Source: Epiperipatus broadwayi
Lineage: Eukaryota > Animalia > Onychophora
DNA: 64,000 bases
NCBI GenBank assembly: GCA_028023455.1
Contig: JAQFVV010000011.1
Span: forward strand, 1,922,001 to 1,986,000
Reading direction: 5' to 3'
Part shown: positions 39,601 through 52,400 of the stretch, piece after piece
How positions within the stretch are numbered: the first letter of the stretch is position 1
Layout: every line of letters starts with the position of its first letter
Translations under genes and position numbers: made by a program
Notes under the pieces: generated by a model
Database searches by the model: none
The model's input: only the letters and a program-made list of their open reading frames with translations
Told to the model about the DNA's origin: nothing

Positions 39601-39704
39601 TTTTTTCTCATGTATCAAAGCATCAGCCGGGAAGTGAACTCATTATCCCGGGACAACTGCTTGCAAAGCAGCTGTCGCTGACCTCTTGACCACCAATGCT
39701 TGAC
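39601..39704 (-). mobile_element. tRNA-derived SINE copy
   Basis: TSD AATTGC(T/C)ATCTTTATT (39582-39597 and 39705-39720). Confidence 0.85.
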
Positions 39705-40312
39705 AATTGCCATCTTTATTATAGGACTAATTTATCATTTCTACAATTATTAACTTTATATCTACTAGAAAAAAAAATATATACTAAGTATAATTTCATC
39801 ATTTGTCTCAACTTAAAAAAATATTAACAAAATCCTATAAAGTACTTTCTTTCAATAAAAAAAGCTTACTTTTCCAGGGGCAGATGATTCCCAACTTCAG
39901 TAGCATAATGCTGCAGGGATTCTTCTTTATAATTTTTTCCCCAAGTAGCCACTTATAATTAGTGCTGCTATACAATCTGATGGCACTTCAGATATACAAA
40001 AACTGCTTTCTCATTAAGTTCTAGATTTCATTGGCCAATTTTTTTCTTTCAACATGACTAAAAAATTTTTTGTTATAGTGGGAGGGGAATTGCATTTTGC
40101 TGCAAACAATAATGTAAACAGATATTTTTATTATTACTACATAAAGCAGCGATTCATGATCTGGTATGGGCCCATTTAGGGATATGCAAAAAAAATTGAA
40201 TAATGGCAGGAAAAGACACATGTCAATTAATTAACTTAATGTAATTTTTTTAAATGTAATCTATACTGAATTTATGTTATCTTTTGAATTCTGAATGTAT
40301 ATACTCTGTCTT

Positions 40313-40479
40313 CCAAGAGATTGTAAAAGACCCAGAAAGAGACCACAAGTGAGATGGATGGATGAAATAAGAAAGTGTGCAGGGGTGATGTGGAGAAGAG
40401 AAGCTAAAGATCGGAGAAGATGGATTGAACTTGGAGAGACCTTCATCCTGCAGTGGATTGATAATGGTTGATGATGATG
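40313..40479 (+). mobile_element. 5'-truncated RTE LINE 3' end with TSD
   Basis: RPQVRWMDEIRKCAG...GETFILQW, (gat)n tail, 12-bp TSD ATACTCTGTCTT (40301-40312 and 40480-40491). Confidence 0.9.
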
Positions 40480-40589
40480 ATACTCTGTCTTATTATATGT
40501 TGGTCTATTTTCATCACCTAATCAAAATTCCAAACGTTTTTAGTAAAATTCGACGTTTATAATTTTCTAAATACATTCAGATGTGGGTA

Positions 40590-40925
40590 AATACACACAG
40601 ATTAGTATAAAACACAATGTTTTGACAGCATAATTCTCTATTCTTCTCCAAATGTTGCCAGCATGACCAAATGATAGTCTAACATGAGAATTAAATCTGA
40701 TGATCTTTAGAAGAGAATAGAATAACCCCACACAAACCATTAAGTTCCACACAAACCATTAAGTTTCATACTAGTGTTTGTTGCTACTAATAATTGAATG
40801 TATTTAGAAAATACAAATAAAGTTTGAATTTTTATAAAAAATATTTAATAATTCAACTAGATGACAGGAATAGTCCAACGTTGATCTACAAATAAAGTAC
40901 CAACATAACAAACTTTCAGACAAAC
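40590..40925. repeat. Family A remnants in divergent orientation (minus-sense left part, plus-sense right part)
   Basis: Homology to 4700-4800 on the left and to 5370-5520 on the right. Confidence 0.6.
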
Positions 40926-41821
40926 ATTAAATATTCACAAATTATTAATCTTATTATTCCACACTACTCTTTAATTCAGTTACTGGGCTATTTATTTATT
41001 TCTATAATATATTAATTTGAAATAACAGCTGATTATATTAAATACAAACATGAAAGTAATTTCCAAGAATACACAGATCTAAAAAAACAAGAAAACCTTA
41101 GATTTAAAAATATTTTGTTTCAATAATCTATAAACTATATGAAAATACAGCATTTAGATTCTTTGGGATTTTTTTTCTTAAGTTGAAAACTTTGCACTGT
41201 TCTTGTGATATTAACTACCTTGAAGTAACTAAAATATTTTCAAAACAATAAAAGTTTCACAAAGAACGCATTATATAGGAATCATTTCAGTCATAAAAAA
41301 TATTGATCTTACAAACCTTACTTGGATTTCTTAAGATATTTACGTATGAACTTTTAATCCTATAATGAAAATTTCAAACAACTCTTTAGAATTCTTGTTC
41401 ACAAATAAGACTTCTTTAAGGAAAATTCTTAACTATCTATCTCCATTGCATTGTATTTAAATATTACTGGGTTAATATATATAAATAATACTGCTCCTAA
41501 GTTTTCTTAATAAATAGACATACATATGCCTAGATGTAATAAATATAAATACATACACGTGTGCGTGTCTAATCAATAAAATGGTTCATTATAGATTTCT
41601 AACCTTTGTTATAAATTCTAGATGTTTAAACGAACTAACAATCTCCAAAAAATCAAGTTAAACTCAAAGATTATAAACTAAAAAATAAAAAGTCTTCAAT
41701 TTCATTTTTTATTGATCCTTCTCAAAATACTCTCTTGTGAAGACAATATTAAAAAAATTAGGTGAAAGTCTATGACAAATTTCATTTTAAAAGGCTTATT
41801 TTTTACTTTCTTTGTTTTTAG

Positions 41822-42235
41822 TCATCCATTCCATCTTAAACAAACGATATGCATGACCACATACATGTGATAAAGATAAAAGGTCTCCAATATACGTATT
41901 TCATTCTGAACAAGCACTCGTCAGATGATCCAAATCATCACTTCCCACTCACATATGTAATCAGTGCTCAGTTTATATTAAGGATAGCAAATCTTCATAC
42001 TTTAATGGACAGGCTTTAATCTTCTTCACTGAGCATTGATTATATATGTGTGTGGAAGATAATGATCTAGACCAACTGATGAGTGCTGGTTCAGCACGAA
42101 ATACGTATATTGGCGATCATTTATTTTTTTTCATATGTATGTACGTGGTCATGTGTATTGGTTGTATAAGATGGAGTTGTAGGGAACTTGAAAGTCTGAG
42201 TTCAAATCCCTTCGAAATGACATTAAGTTCAGTAT
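41822..42235. mobile_element. Family D fold-back insertion (arms ~41822-41976 / 42031-42180)
   Basis: Minus-sense decayed HHR at 41881-41938 and plus-sense intact HHR at 42062-42120. Confidence 0.9.
42062..42120 (+). ncRNA. Intact type I hammerhead ribozyme (family D); predicted cleavage after A42109
   Basis: ATGATC-taga-CCAA-CTGATGA-GTGCTG-gtt-CAGCAC-GAAA-TACGTA-T-A-TTGG-c-GATCAT. All core nucleotides present, 6-bp helix II, helix I of 4+6 bp around an internal loop, palindromic helix III ATACGTAT. Confidence 0.9.
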
Positions 42236-44039
42236 AAAAAATATACTTATATTTACATATTTTTTTCCCTTTTATAAATGAAAGACAGAAAAATATACAG
42301 ATAAACACAGATAATAGATGGGTATTGTGGATATTTAGTTAACTTTTTCAAATTATTTTTTTATTATTATTGAAAATAATAATTACCTATGCAATTTTCT
42401 ATCTGGTATCAAACAGAAAATATTATAATTGCAGGAAATTAGGTAAAAAAAAAACAAATCTATTGTATAACATATAAATATAATTTTAATCCTCTAGTCG
42501 TTTTTTTTTTTTTTTTTGAGAACCATTGAGTGCATTTTAAAACTTTTTTTTCTTTCCCTAGACTCTTAATTGAAAGATTAAAGGTTATATACAGACATTT
42601 ACGTTGACTAGACCAAAATCATTTAAACTTTTAATCACAAAAACAGATATTTTTTTAAAAAAAAGTTTTTAGATTTTAAAAAATATTATACATGGGTGTA
42701 CTATCTACTCACACACATAATGATATAATAATTGCTACATTCTAGACTGCATTAAAGTACAACAATTAAAAGTTATAAAGTGATTGATATCTGGAATATA
42801 TAACTATTTAACAATGTGAGATCTTTCTTAGTCAATTCTATAGTCTTTCAGGACTACTCCTCAAATTTTGATTGCTGTGATAACGTCTAAACACTACGTT
42901 TACAGATGCCGCTGTTTAACATCTGATTGGCTGTCTGAGAAACAACAGTAGGCACACGTGAAAGACTAGCAACCTTTCAATTTATTACTGATGCTTGTTT
43001 TGTAATTTTGCATACAGTATTAACATCCAATGAAAAAATAATGAATCCCATTTTTTTTATTTTTGTTCTTGACTAATGAGAGTTCTCATAAGACAAGCAG
43101 CTAGCTATGCATTATACAAAATACTTACAGAGATCAAGGTGCACATAATTGCAGTACTGTACTTGCTCAAAATTTATTTGTAACGAAGAAATATTGTTCC
43201 TAAAGGTTTTTGTCGTTGTTGTTTCAAGGCTATTTTCATATTTTAGAATAATTGTATGAATATTTACAAAACTTTGTTATATTTAATTAACAACTGGTCA
43301 ATTGGAAATGAATGGAAAATTATGTTAAGACAACATATATAAAGTTGTATAATTCATGTATTATTTGTTTTGTATATTGTTAAGTCATATAGTCAATTTT
43401 TTTGAAGTTATATTGGATCTCTATATGAAAGTTTTATTCCATTTTACTAATGTTTTATTTCTGTCATCATTGTTTTACTTCAAATTTGAAACACTAGATG
43501 GTGTTGTATATGTAATAATTTGTTTATCTGGGCATAATTGCTGAGATATTCTTGACTTCGTTTAAGGAGAAGCCACAATACATCACATCACATCATCACA
43601 TCACATTAACATTATAATAGATTATTAACAATTGATAATAGCACTAAACCATGTGCCGAAACAGGATTTTTATGTATGATTAATATATATTTATATTAGC
43701 CGTTTTATATGATTTTTTTTTGTTGTTGTAATTTATATGAAGTAATAGCATATTGGATTTCATTATTTCCATTTTTGATTATATGAAAAAGCATAAAAAA
43801 AAATTTATACCATTCTAGCTAATGCAAAAATGTGCTTTTTTGCTTTTAAGATTTGTTCATTATTTTAGTTATGTTTAAAATTACTTTTGATAATCAAATC
43901 ACATACTTGATTGAGACTGAATGCTTCAGTTAATTTATTTTGCTTATATATTAATAAAATCTATTTTAATATTTAACAGAATTTAAAACTGAAGTGACTT
44001 TAATATTAATCACAACAAATCTATCCACATATTTCTGTA

Positions 44040-44280
44040 ATGTAATTTTTCACTACACCATTCTCACGCAATGTAGGAACTAGTTTCTATCCGCTTTTAA
44101 TCTTGTGAAGGAGTGTAATCATAAGAATATGACTAAAGATACGTGGAAAAGATGTGTATGATCCTCAAACCAGTCCCTATCTTGTGTGAGAGTGGTGTAG
44201 TGGAAAATTATACTATAGAAATATTATTCTTTAAGTGGATAATCTCTAGTTTAATAAATGACTAATTAAAAAAAATATTA
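44040..44280. repeat. Family D subfamily fold-back without HHR (arms 44044-44087 / 44167-44211)
   Basis: atttttcactacaccattctcac / gtgagagtggtgtagtggaaaatt; homology to 16560-16640 and 34590-34740. Confidence 0.75.
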
Positions 44281-44404
44281 TTAATTTATCTACATATATT
44301 TATTTTTTTACTTAAAAAAAATCTGTAAAAATAAAAACTGGGAAGAAATGGAGGAGCGTAGAATACAGTTAATCCTCCATTCAGGTAAATCCGATTTATA
44401 AAAC

Positions 44405-45300
44405 CACCAAAATATTTAAACTACATTCCTTTTCAAATACATGTATATATTGCCTTTTAATGTTAAGTTATTTCCCCCAAAAGGACTCCAATGAAGTTTA
44501 ATTCTATGACTAATTTCATCCATTATGTTTTGATCTGTAGTAATAATTTGACCAAGATATTTGTAGTTGTTAACTTCTTCTAACTCATCATTATCAATCT
44601 TTATTTCCATCTTTTGAGAAAATACATAGAATATTACTTTAGCCTTTTTAATATTTACTTTTAATCGTATTTTCTTACCTTTATCCGATAACTCTTGCAA
44701 CATTTCTTGAAGATCTAAAGCATTATTTGCAAAAACAACTAAATCATCTGAAAAATCTAGATGACTTAAATAATTTCCATTTACTTTTTTATTCCCTTAG
44801 CTTTCCATTTTAATCCACAAAATGTTTTTTCCAAAACTGCTGTAAAATTTTTTGGAAATATGGAGTCATCCTGCCGTACACCCTTTTCAATGTTAATCTT
44901 CCTAATATCATTATGTAACCTAATTGCAGCTATTATTTATAAATATTCTTCAAAATATGACAATATCCTGGGTCTATATCTTGATGATCCAATGCTTTAA
45001 TCACTGAAGAAATGCTTATAGAATCAAATGCCTTTTCATAATCTATAAATCCAAAGCATAATAGCAATTCATATTCATTGGTCCTTTCTATAGCGTCTCT
45101 CAATACTTGGATATGATCTACTGTACTAAAACCACTTTTAAATTCAACTTATTCTTTTGGTAAGTTGAAATCCAATTTTCTCTATAAATGAATTGTAATT
45201 ATCTTGGTAAAAATTTTGGATAAAACTGATAGGGCCTGTAATTTCTAATATATTCTTTATCATTTTTTAAAAATATTGATATTAATACAGCATTCTCACA
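44405..45300 (-). mobile_element. RTE-clade LINE internal RT fragment
   Basis: GFKSGFSTVDHIQVL...FIDYEKAFDSI, NYLSHLDFSDDLVVFA and LQEMLQELSDKGKKIRLKVNIKKAK. Confidence 0.9.
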
Positions 45301-47029
45301 ATCATCTGGTACAACTTTATCATTAAGACATTGGTATATAACTTTGCCAAAAAAATTTCTATTTCATTACCTGCTTCTTTTAATATGTATTGTACTATCT
45401 GCCAATATAAAAGCTCCAGACCATCTTTTCTCATTTTTTTATATATATATATATTTGGCCAACTACCTTTGTGTGTCAGGCAAGCACAAGGCTGGCAATA
45501 TCTACATTTCTACATTTATTTCGATAATCTAATATTTATATATGCAACCAGTTCGAATTTGCTTGCAATCAAATTTACTTCTTTACTGTATTTGACACTT
45601 CAATACAGTGTAAAATTCACACAAAGTTGGGGCATTTCAACCCACATTATAACACCTTATAAGATAATAACTCTCACACATAGTGAATCACAATACATAT
45701 AGTAACTAGTGATTTTGAAGTGAATGTATTTAACCTATCTGATTTTTATATATTTCATTTTTACTCTTCTTCATTTGCACTTCTTTTATTTTGCATTTTT
45801 TTATATTATCCCTCTTTGCCATTTATATTGTGAAAATTATATTAAGTAAAAAACAGTTCTAATTCAAAACTACTAATAATTACATATATAAATCAATCAC
45901 AGTGTTAGTGGATAAAACATCTCCTTTCTTATGCCAATTTGTGTTGGTCTTTTATGGAAGAGTTCAAAATAGTAAATAGCCAAGCTTGGTTGCAAATAAA
46001 TTCAAGATTGACAGATGAAGATTGTTTGCAATATACATATATAATGCGAGAAAGAGAGAGATCTGGAATCATGTGATAGGTCATGTGAAATTTTAAATTG
46101 CTGGGTAGCCATAAAATAATTTGATATGCTTATACAGATTTTTACAGTTTAACTATTAATTATTGCATATATTTTTTGTGTTGCAATATTTATTGTTTCA
46201 CAGGTGTATTAAGGTAGATAATAATTGCTCAGACTTTGTTGTGAATATGCATGATTTTTTTTATTAAAAGCAAATTCAAGGTTTCTAATGAATTTTTAAA
46301 CAAAGACGAATGAAAGCAAATAAGGAAACAAATTTTAATCCTTATTATATGGCTTGCCATGACCTTTCAACTTTTTAATACAAATTATATATATAAGCTA
46401 ACACTGATATTAATTTACAGTGTTTTACTTAAATATTTATATTAGAATTCTTAATAACTGCTAAACAATTATAATATAATTACTTATATTATAATTAAGA
46501 AACTATAAAAATATACTACAGATTTACATAGACGTTTATTTTTATGTGTTATTTTTTATAATTATTATTTTCTCATATTACACTATAGATTTGAAATATA
46601 TATCTTTAATATACCATGAGTTCTTGATTTATTACAAAGAATATTACTTTTCTGAATCTATAAATCTGCTTTCTTTGATTTGAAAATCAGGGTTGTAAAA
46701 ATACATGCTTTTTTTTTGTTTGTCTTATATATACAAATCCATCATTTAATTTTTTTTTTTTTGGCATTTAGCATCTCTCAAAATTATGGTCCTGGTGCAC
46801 AAAGGGTCTTTCCATATAGAAAGTTTTTTTTTTTTTTTTTTTTAAAAAAGTGGAAACAACTATATATATATAGATAGCCCTTTACCTTTTTTTACATTTT
46901 ATTTCTCATTCATTAAAAAAGTTTTTCTTGTCTGCCTATAACTTTTGCTTTTCTTTTAATTAAAAGCATGATATTTGTCCAAAACAAATAAATATTAATT
47001 ACATAAATTACTTTTTATACCAAATAAAT

Positions 47030-49882
47030 CAGTGATGGCGAATGCCAAAGATGGCATGTTCGAATTTTTTACTGGCATGCAAACTATTTACATATCATAA
47101 TTTTCTATGCTTTAAATTAATTTTTTTTTTTTTTGTTGCTAAAATCTGTAATAATAAAAATTTACTGTAAACTAAAAGTAAAATAAATAAATAAAATATT
47201 ATATTAGAATTCTATTTACAATTGAACTTTGATTAGAAACGATAAATTATGATACTTTAAGTCAAATAAAGTGGTAAGGTATGCTGTGATATCATATTCT
47301 ATAAACCTGTCAAATGATTCCAATAAAACTAGAAAATAAACTCAGTAAAATATTTTATAACTGTTTAAAGTAAGTTTTTTCAAATCTAAAACAAAAGTGA
47401 TGAAATGGTTTTCTGTCCTAATTTTTTTTCACTTAAAGGTGATGACACCATTCATTTTTTTAATGAAATCAAAATCACAAACAAAGGAACAAAATGTTTA
47501 ATCAACACCATCAAATGACATTTTTTGTTTTGCTTGAAGTTTTGCTGTAAAAGTAAAATGCAAGGATAATAATATATTTTAACATATAATAAATCTATGA
47601 TTTATAAAATTATTAAAGCTCATTTAAATTTACTTTTACATACATTTGTTATCATTATATTAAAAACAAAAAACAAAAATTATTAAGCAGTAGAGAATTT
47701 CAAAATTGGTGGACTTATGAGTACGGAATGATTAACAAAAACACCAGGGCAGTATGTGTTTTATATTCTGGAACAGTTATATTGAGAACGTCATCAGTAA
47801 AATGGCATTATCCAATCATAAATCACTCTGTGAAAGAAGTAAAGATGAATAAAAAGAATATATTGCCCAAGCATTTAAAAATATAAATATTCAATCAACA
47901 TCTATAATAAAATTTATCGAAAATCATTCAGATATAACTGCTGCTAGTTTTTTTATTTCAAATGTAATTGCCAAACATGGGAAACTTTTTAATGATGGAG
48001 AATATATGAAAAAAGCTTGGATGAAATGTGCACCAGTTCTTTTTGAAGATTTTGAAAACAAAGCAAAAATTATTCAGAGCATAAAAGATTTGCCATTGGC
48101 TGGAAATATAATTAAAAAAGAATCCTGCAAATGGCTAACAACATAACTTACCAATAAAAAAGAGATATAAAATCTTCTAGTTTAATTTCTCTCTGCTTTG
48201 ATGAAAGTACAAACATAAATGGATCAGCTCGTTTGGCTAATTTTATTTGCTATTGTGTTGGAAATAATATCAAAGAAGAATTGATCAGTTCGACCTCATT
48301 AGTAACAACAACAAAAGGAATAGATATTTGCATACTCACTGAAAAAGAAATAGATGTTGCCAAAATTGTATCAGCAACTACAGATAGTACTTATGACTGG
48401 AAAAGAAAATGGTTTTCTCAGTTTATTTATCAACCGTATTGGACATTCATTTTGGGGTTTTCATTGCATTATAGATCAGCATGTTTTATGTTTTATTGAC
48501 TAAGTTAGCTACACACTAATTAAGGTAAACTCAGTATACAATGGTTTACTTATCTACAAAAATGTCCAATGGTTAAGTCAAGGAAGAGTTCTTCAAAGAT
48601 TTGTTGAGTGTTTAGATAAAATTAGACTGTTTTTATGTAATGAGAAAATCATCAAAAAATATAATGAATTAATGGATGTTGAATGGCTTTCAAAATTATT
48701 GTTTTTTACTAATATTTGTTCACATCTAAATGAATTAAAAATGAAACTGCAAGATTATAATAAGTCAATTGTTGTCATATTTGATTTGATCAAAACATTT
48801 GAAGTTAAATTATACATTTCCAACCATGATGTTGTTTCTTACAACTTCAAATATTTTCCAAATCTAAAAAGGTTGACTGATTTACAATCTCATGAGAAAC
48901 CAGATTAAATAAAATTGACCCAAGACTTTTGTGCTGTTATTCAATTGATAACCGATGAATTTTCTTTAAGATTTACACAATTCAGACAATTTTCAGAAAC
49001 ATCAAAATTTGTTTTATACCCAGACGTAATATCAATGGATAGTCTTGAGTTAGAAATTTTTGAGTGGCTTAATTTGGAAGATATGGAAATGTAATAGATC
49101 AATTTTCAATCCAGTTCTATATGGATACAGAAATTTGTTGATTTGAGGAATGAGATAGAAACATGATCAATTGATGGACATATGTAAAAAGAATGCTGAA
49201 GAAGAACTATAAATTGCCTGGAATGCTATTCCTGAAACATTTAGCCGTTTAAAAAAATTAATGACCACTCACTCACTATATTATCAATTTTCTCTTCTAC
49301 ATATACATGTAAATCAATGTTTTCAGAAACGAATTATAATTAAAGACAGTTCAAAAAATAGAATGACAGATAAATCTAGTTCGGCATGTATTAAAATTGA
49401 CAAAATATGAACCAGATATAAAACATTTGGCATCTTTTATATAGCAGCAAAAATCTCATTAATTAATATCTATTTATGTTGATTTTATATGTTTATTTCC
49501 AAAATTTTGTTTTAATTACCATTAATTTTTTACTATTATATTTTATTCAACTTGTGTTTTTTTAAATAAATATCATTCATTTATATTTAGTTGTATGAGA
49601 TAGCGTGGAGAGTTGAAGAGTGCTTGAAAATCTGAATTCAAATCCCCTATACTTACAATTAAGCTCCAGGTTTGTAAATAGTGACTGATTTTCAAATATT
49701 TATATTTAGCTTATTTAGTAATTTTGTTTAATTATTATTGTTATTACTTTGTTTTCTAAACTTTTAAAAAACTGCAATAATTGTTTATATTTTGATTTAA
49801 TAACTGTATGGCACGCCAATCATTCAATAAATATTTTTTTGGAAATTTTTGGCATGCATAGTAAAAAGGTTTGCCACCACTG
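47030..49882 (+). mobile_element. hAT DNA transposon (Charlie/SPIN/GTF2IRD2-like), full span, inactive
   Basis: Left TIR CAGTGATGGCGAA, right TIR reverse complement CAGTGGTGGCAAAC, GGCA(C/T)GC subterminal motifs, possible degenerate 8-bp TSD aaataaat / aaatttac. Confidence 0.85.
47700..49430 (+). pseudogene. Degraded hAT transposase
   Basis: AASFFISNVIAKHGKLFNDGEYMK, SLCFDESTNINGSARLA, WLSKLLFFTNICSHLNELKMKLQ and LSIFSSTYTCKSMFS; multiple stops and frameshifts. Confidence 0.9.
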
Positions 49883-49970
49883 AAATTTACAATCAAATAA
49901 AATATGAACAGATAAATCCCAAAGAAGTAAAAATAAAATCACCATAAATAAAACAAACATGATAAGATAT

Positions 49971-50399
49971 TAAATAGTCAAAATAAGAGTCATAGATCAC
50001 ATGACCCTATCTCTTAAGCTTGTAAGTCATAAAACAATGAGGATTGCCAGCACTTAAAATATCTCTGTCAGGAATCCCTCCCCAAACCCCTGACCATGGT
50101 TTCGTGCCTTGGCACTCCTCAGAGAGTATCAGGGTAGGTTCAGACACTAGATCTAAAAATACCAACCCAAAGCCAGCATTTAACTAAAAGTTATCTATTG
50201 AGTGGAAAATCTGAAATTTTCAGACATCTACATGTCTTCAAACTCAGCTATCCAACTCAAATCGATATATGGGGCTGATAGATCTTCAGCCATACCGTAT
50301 AGTAGTAGTCTTAGCAATATAAAAATTGCATAAGATTTATGGCAAAGACTATAAATAGTCAAAATAAGAGTCATAGATCACATGACCCTATCTCTTAAG
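49971..50399 (-). mobile_element. Family C retrozyme-like unit: 381-bp monomer plus 48-bp identical terminal repeat
   Basis: TAAATAGTCAAAATAAGAGTCATAGATCACATGACCCTATCTCTTAAG at 49971-50018 and 50352-50399; contains an intact HHR. Confidence 0.8.
50077..50138 (-). ncRNA. Intact type I hammerhead ribozyme (family C); GUC triplet, predicted cleavage after the minus-strand C at 50092
   Basis: CCTACCC-tgata-CTCT-CTGAGGA-GTGC-caag-GCAC-GAAA-CCATGG-T-C-AGGG-gttt-GGGGAGG; palindromic helix III ACCATGGT. Confidence 0.88.
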
Positions 50400-50850
50400 A
50401 TATTCTTTCCCCGAAAATAAAACTGGGTCATATATTAATTTTTGCTCCAAAAAATGGCTTAAGGCTCATTATCAGGGGATGACTTATTTTTTCATGTACA
50501 AAAATGTTCATTTATTCAAATACAAATATCTACATTTATTCAAATACAAACAAATCTATATTTACTCAATATTCATAATGTCAATAGCATGTGAATAACT
50601 TTTTCTACTGCTTGAATATGTAATGGTCAGGATTATTATAATCTTATCATAGAACATTTTTGTTCAATACAAGAATATTAAAAGTTATTTACATTCTATT
50701 AAATTAATAATATTTAATTTATAATAATATATGAAACAGTAAGCGGGTTTGATTAATTTGTGAACTAAGATCACCATTAATAATAAGTTTCAGCTTTTTG
50801 GGATATCAAAGTTAATTTATTTACAATATATATGATTGAAATTAAATCGA

Positions 50851-51740
50851 GATACTGGAAAATCTCATTGCGCTCATTATAACACTTATCTAACAGCCAA
50901 TCAGATGTTATGATAGCTGTCCCAATGACAACCAAACCATAAACACACAACAAAGAATTTACGAGAAAAGGCCGGCCACCCTTCTCTCTACTTTTCTTTC
51001 TATATATCTAAGCCAGTTGTAAGTATTTATATTTGAAAGCGTGAAGCTTTAAATATCTTAACAATTAACTCAATGAGTTTAAATTATAAACGTACAGCAC
51101 GAAATCCTACGATTTACTGCGCAGCAGTTTTTAGATAATATAACTAGCAGTAAACTATGTAAATAATATTTAATTTGTGAAGCACATATAGATGAAATTA
51201 AAATTAAATTGTGATACTGGAAAATCTCATTACACTCATTATAACACTTATCTAACAGCCAATCAGATGTTATGATAGCTATCCGAATGACAACCAAACC
51301 ATAAACACACGACAAAGAATTTACGAGAAAAGGTGGCCATCCTTCTCTCTACTTTTCTTTCTATATATATAAGCCATCGTAACATCCTAAGTATTTAGAT
51401 TTGAAAGTGTGAAGCTTTAAATATCTTCACAATTAACTCAATGAGTTTAAATTATAAACGTACAGCGCGAAATCCTACGATTTACTTTGCAGCAGTTTTT
51501 AGACAATATAACTAGCAGTAAATTATGTAAATAATATTTAATTTGTGAAGTGCAGATGGAAAATCTCATTGCGCTCATTATAACACTTATCTAACAGCCA
51601 ATCAGATGTTATGATAGCTGTCCAAATGACAACCAAACCATAAATACATGACAAAGAATTTACGAGAAAAGGGCAGCCAGCCTTCTCTCTATTTTTCTTT
51701 CTATATATCTAAGCCAGTCGTAAGTATTTAGATTTGAAAG
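50851..51740. repeat. Young tandem repeat, 362/339-bp period, ~2.5 copies, CpG retained
   Basis: ggaaaatctcatt at 50857, 51219 and 51558; copies are nearly identical. Confidence 0.95.
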
Positions 51741-51949
51741 ATATGATTGAAGATATGATTTGAAAGATATGATTGAAGGTGAGATAAAAGAGATTCTCCT
51801 TTTGTCAGACTGAATGAATGGGTATTGATAAATGAAATGTAAAATTATACTTGCAAGTTTATTAAAATGATTAGTTATGAATCTGCCTGCAAAATATTCC
51901 AGAGTAACATTTATTCTAGTACAAAAGTCTACATTTATATCTATTTAAT

Positions 51950-52400
51950 ATATAGGGTATATGAACACAGACTTTCACATGACCCACCACTCACCACTCT
52001 ATCTCATATACTGATACACTTGAACACATATATGTTGAAAAGATAAATAATCACCAACATATGAATTTCATGCCAAACCAGCTATCATCAGTTGGTCCAG
52101 ATTATCATCTCTACACATATATGCAATAAGTGCTCAGATTTTTATTAAGATAGCTAATCTTCACACCCCAATGAACAGACTTCAATCCACTCCACACTCC
52201 AACTTTTCAACCATCCATCCAATTGAAAATCTGATGATGGAACGCTCAAAGGCCACCCTGAGGTTAAGATTCTTGTCATACCCATGTTGACCTAAAGTCA
52301 ATCTGACCCCTCATGCACAGGACATAATCCATTTAATACATATACAAGGGATGGGCAGATATCTCTACTATGTAATAACTGAAATACAGGCTTATTATAT
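51950..52400 (-). mobile_element. Family D copy with decayed HHR (52047-52105, H17=G)
   Basis: Reverse complement of 27290-27645. Confidence 0.85.
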
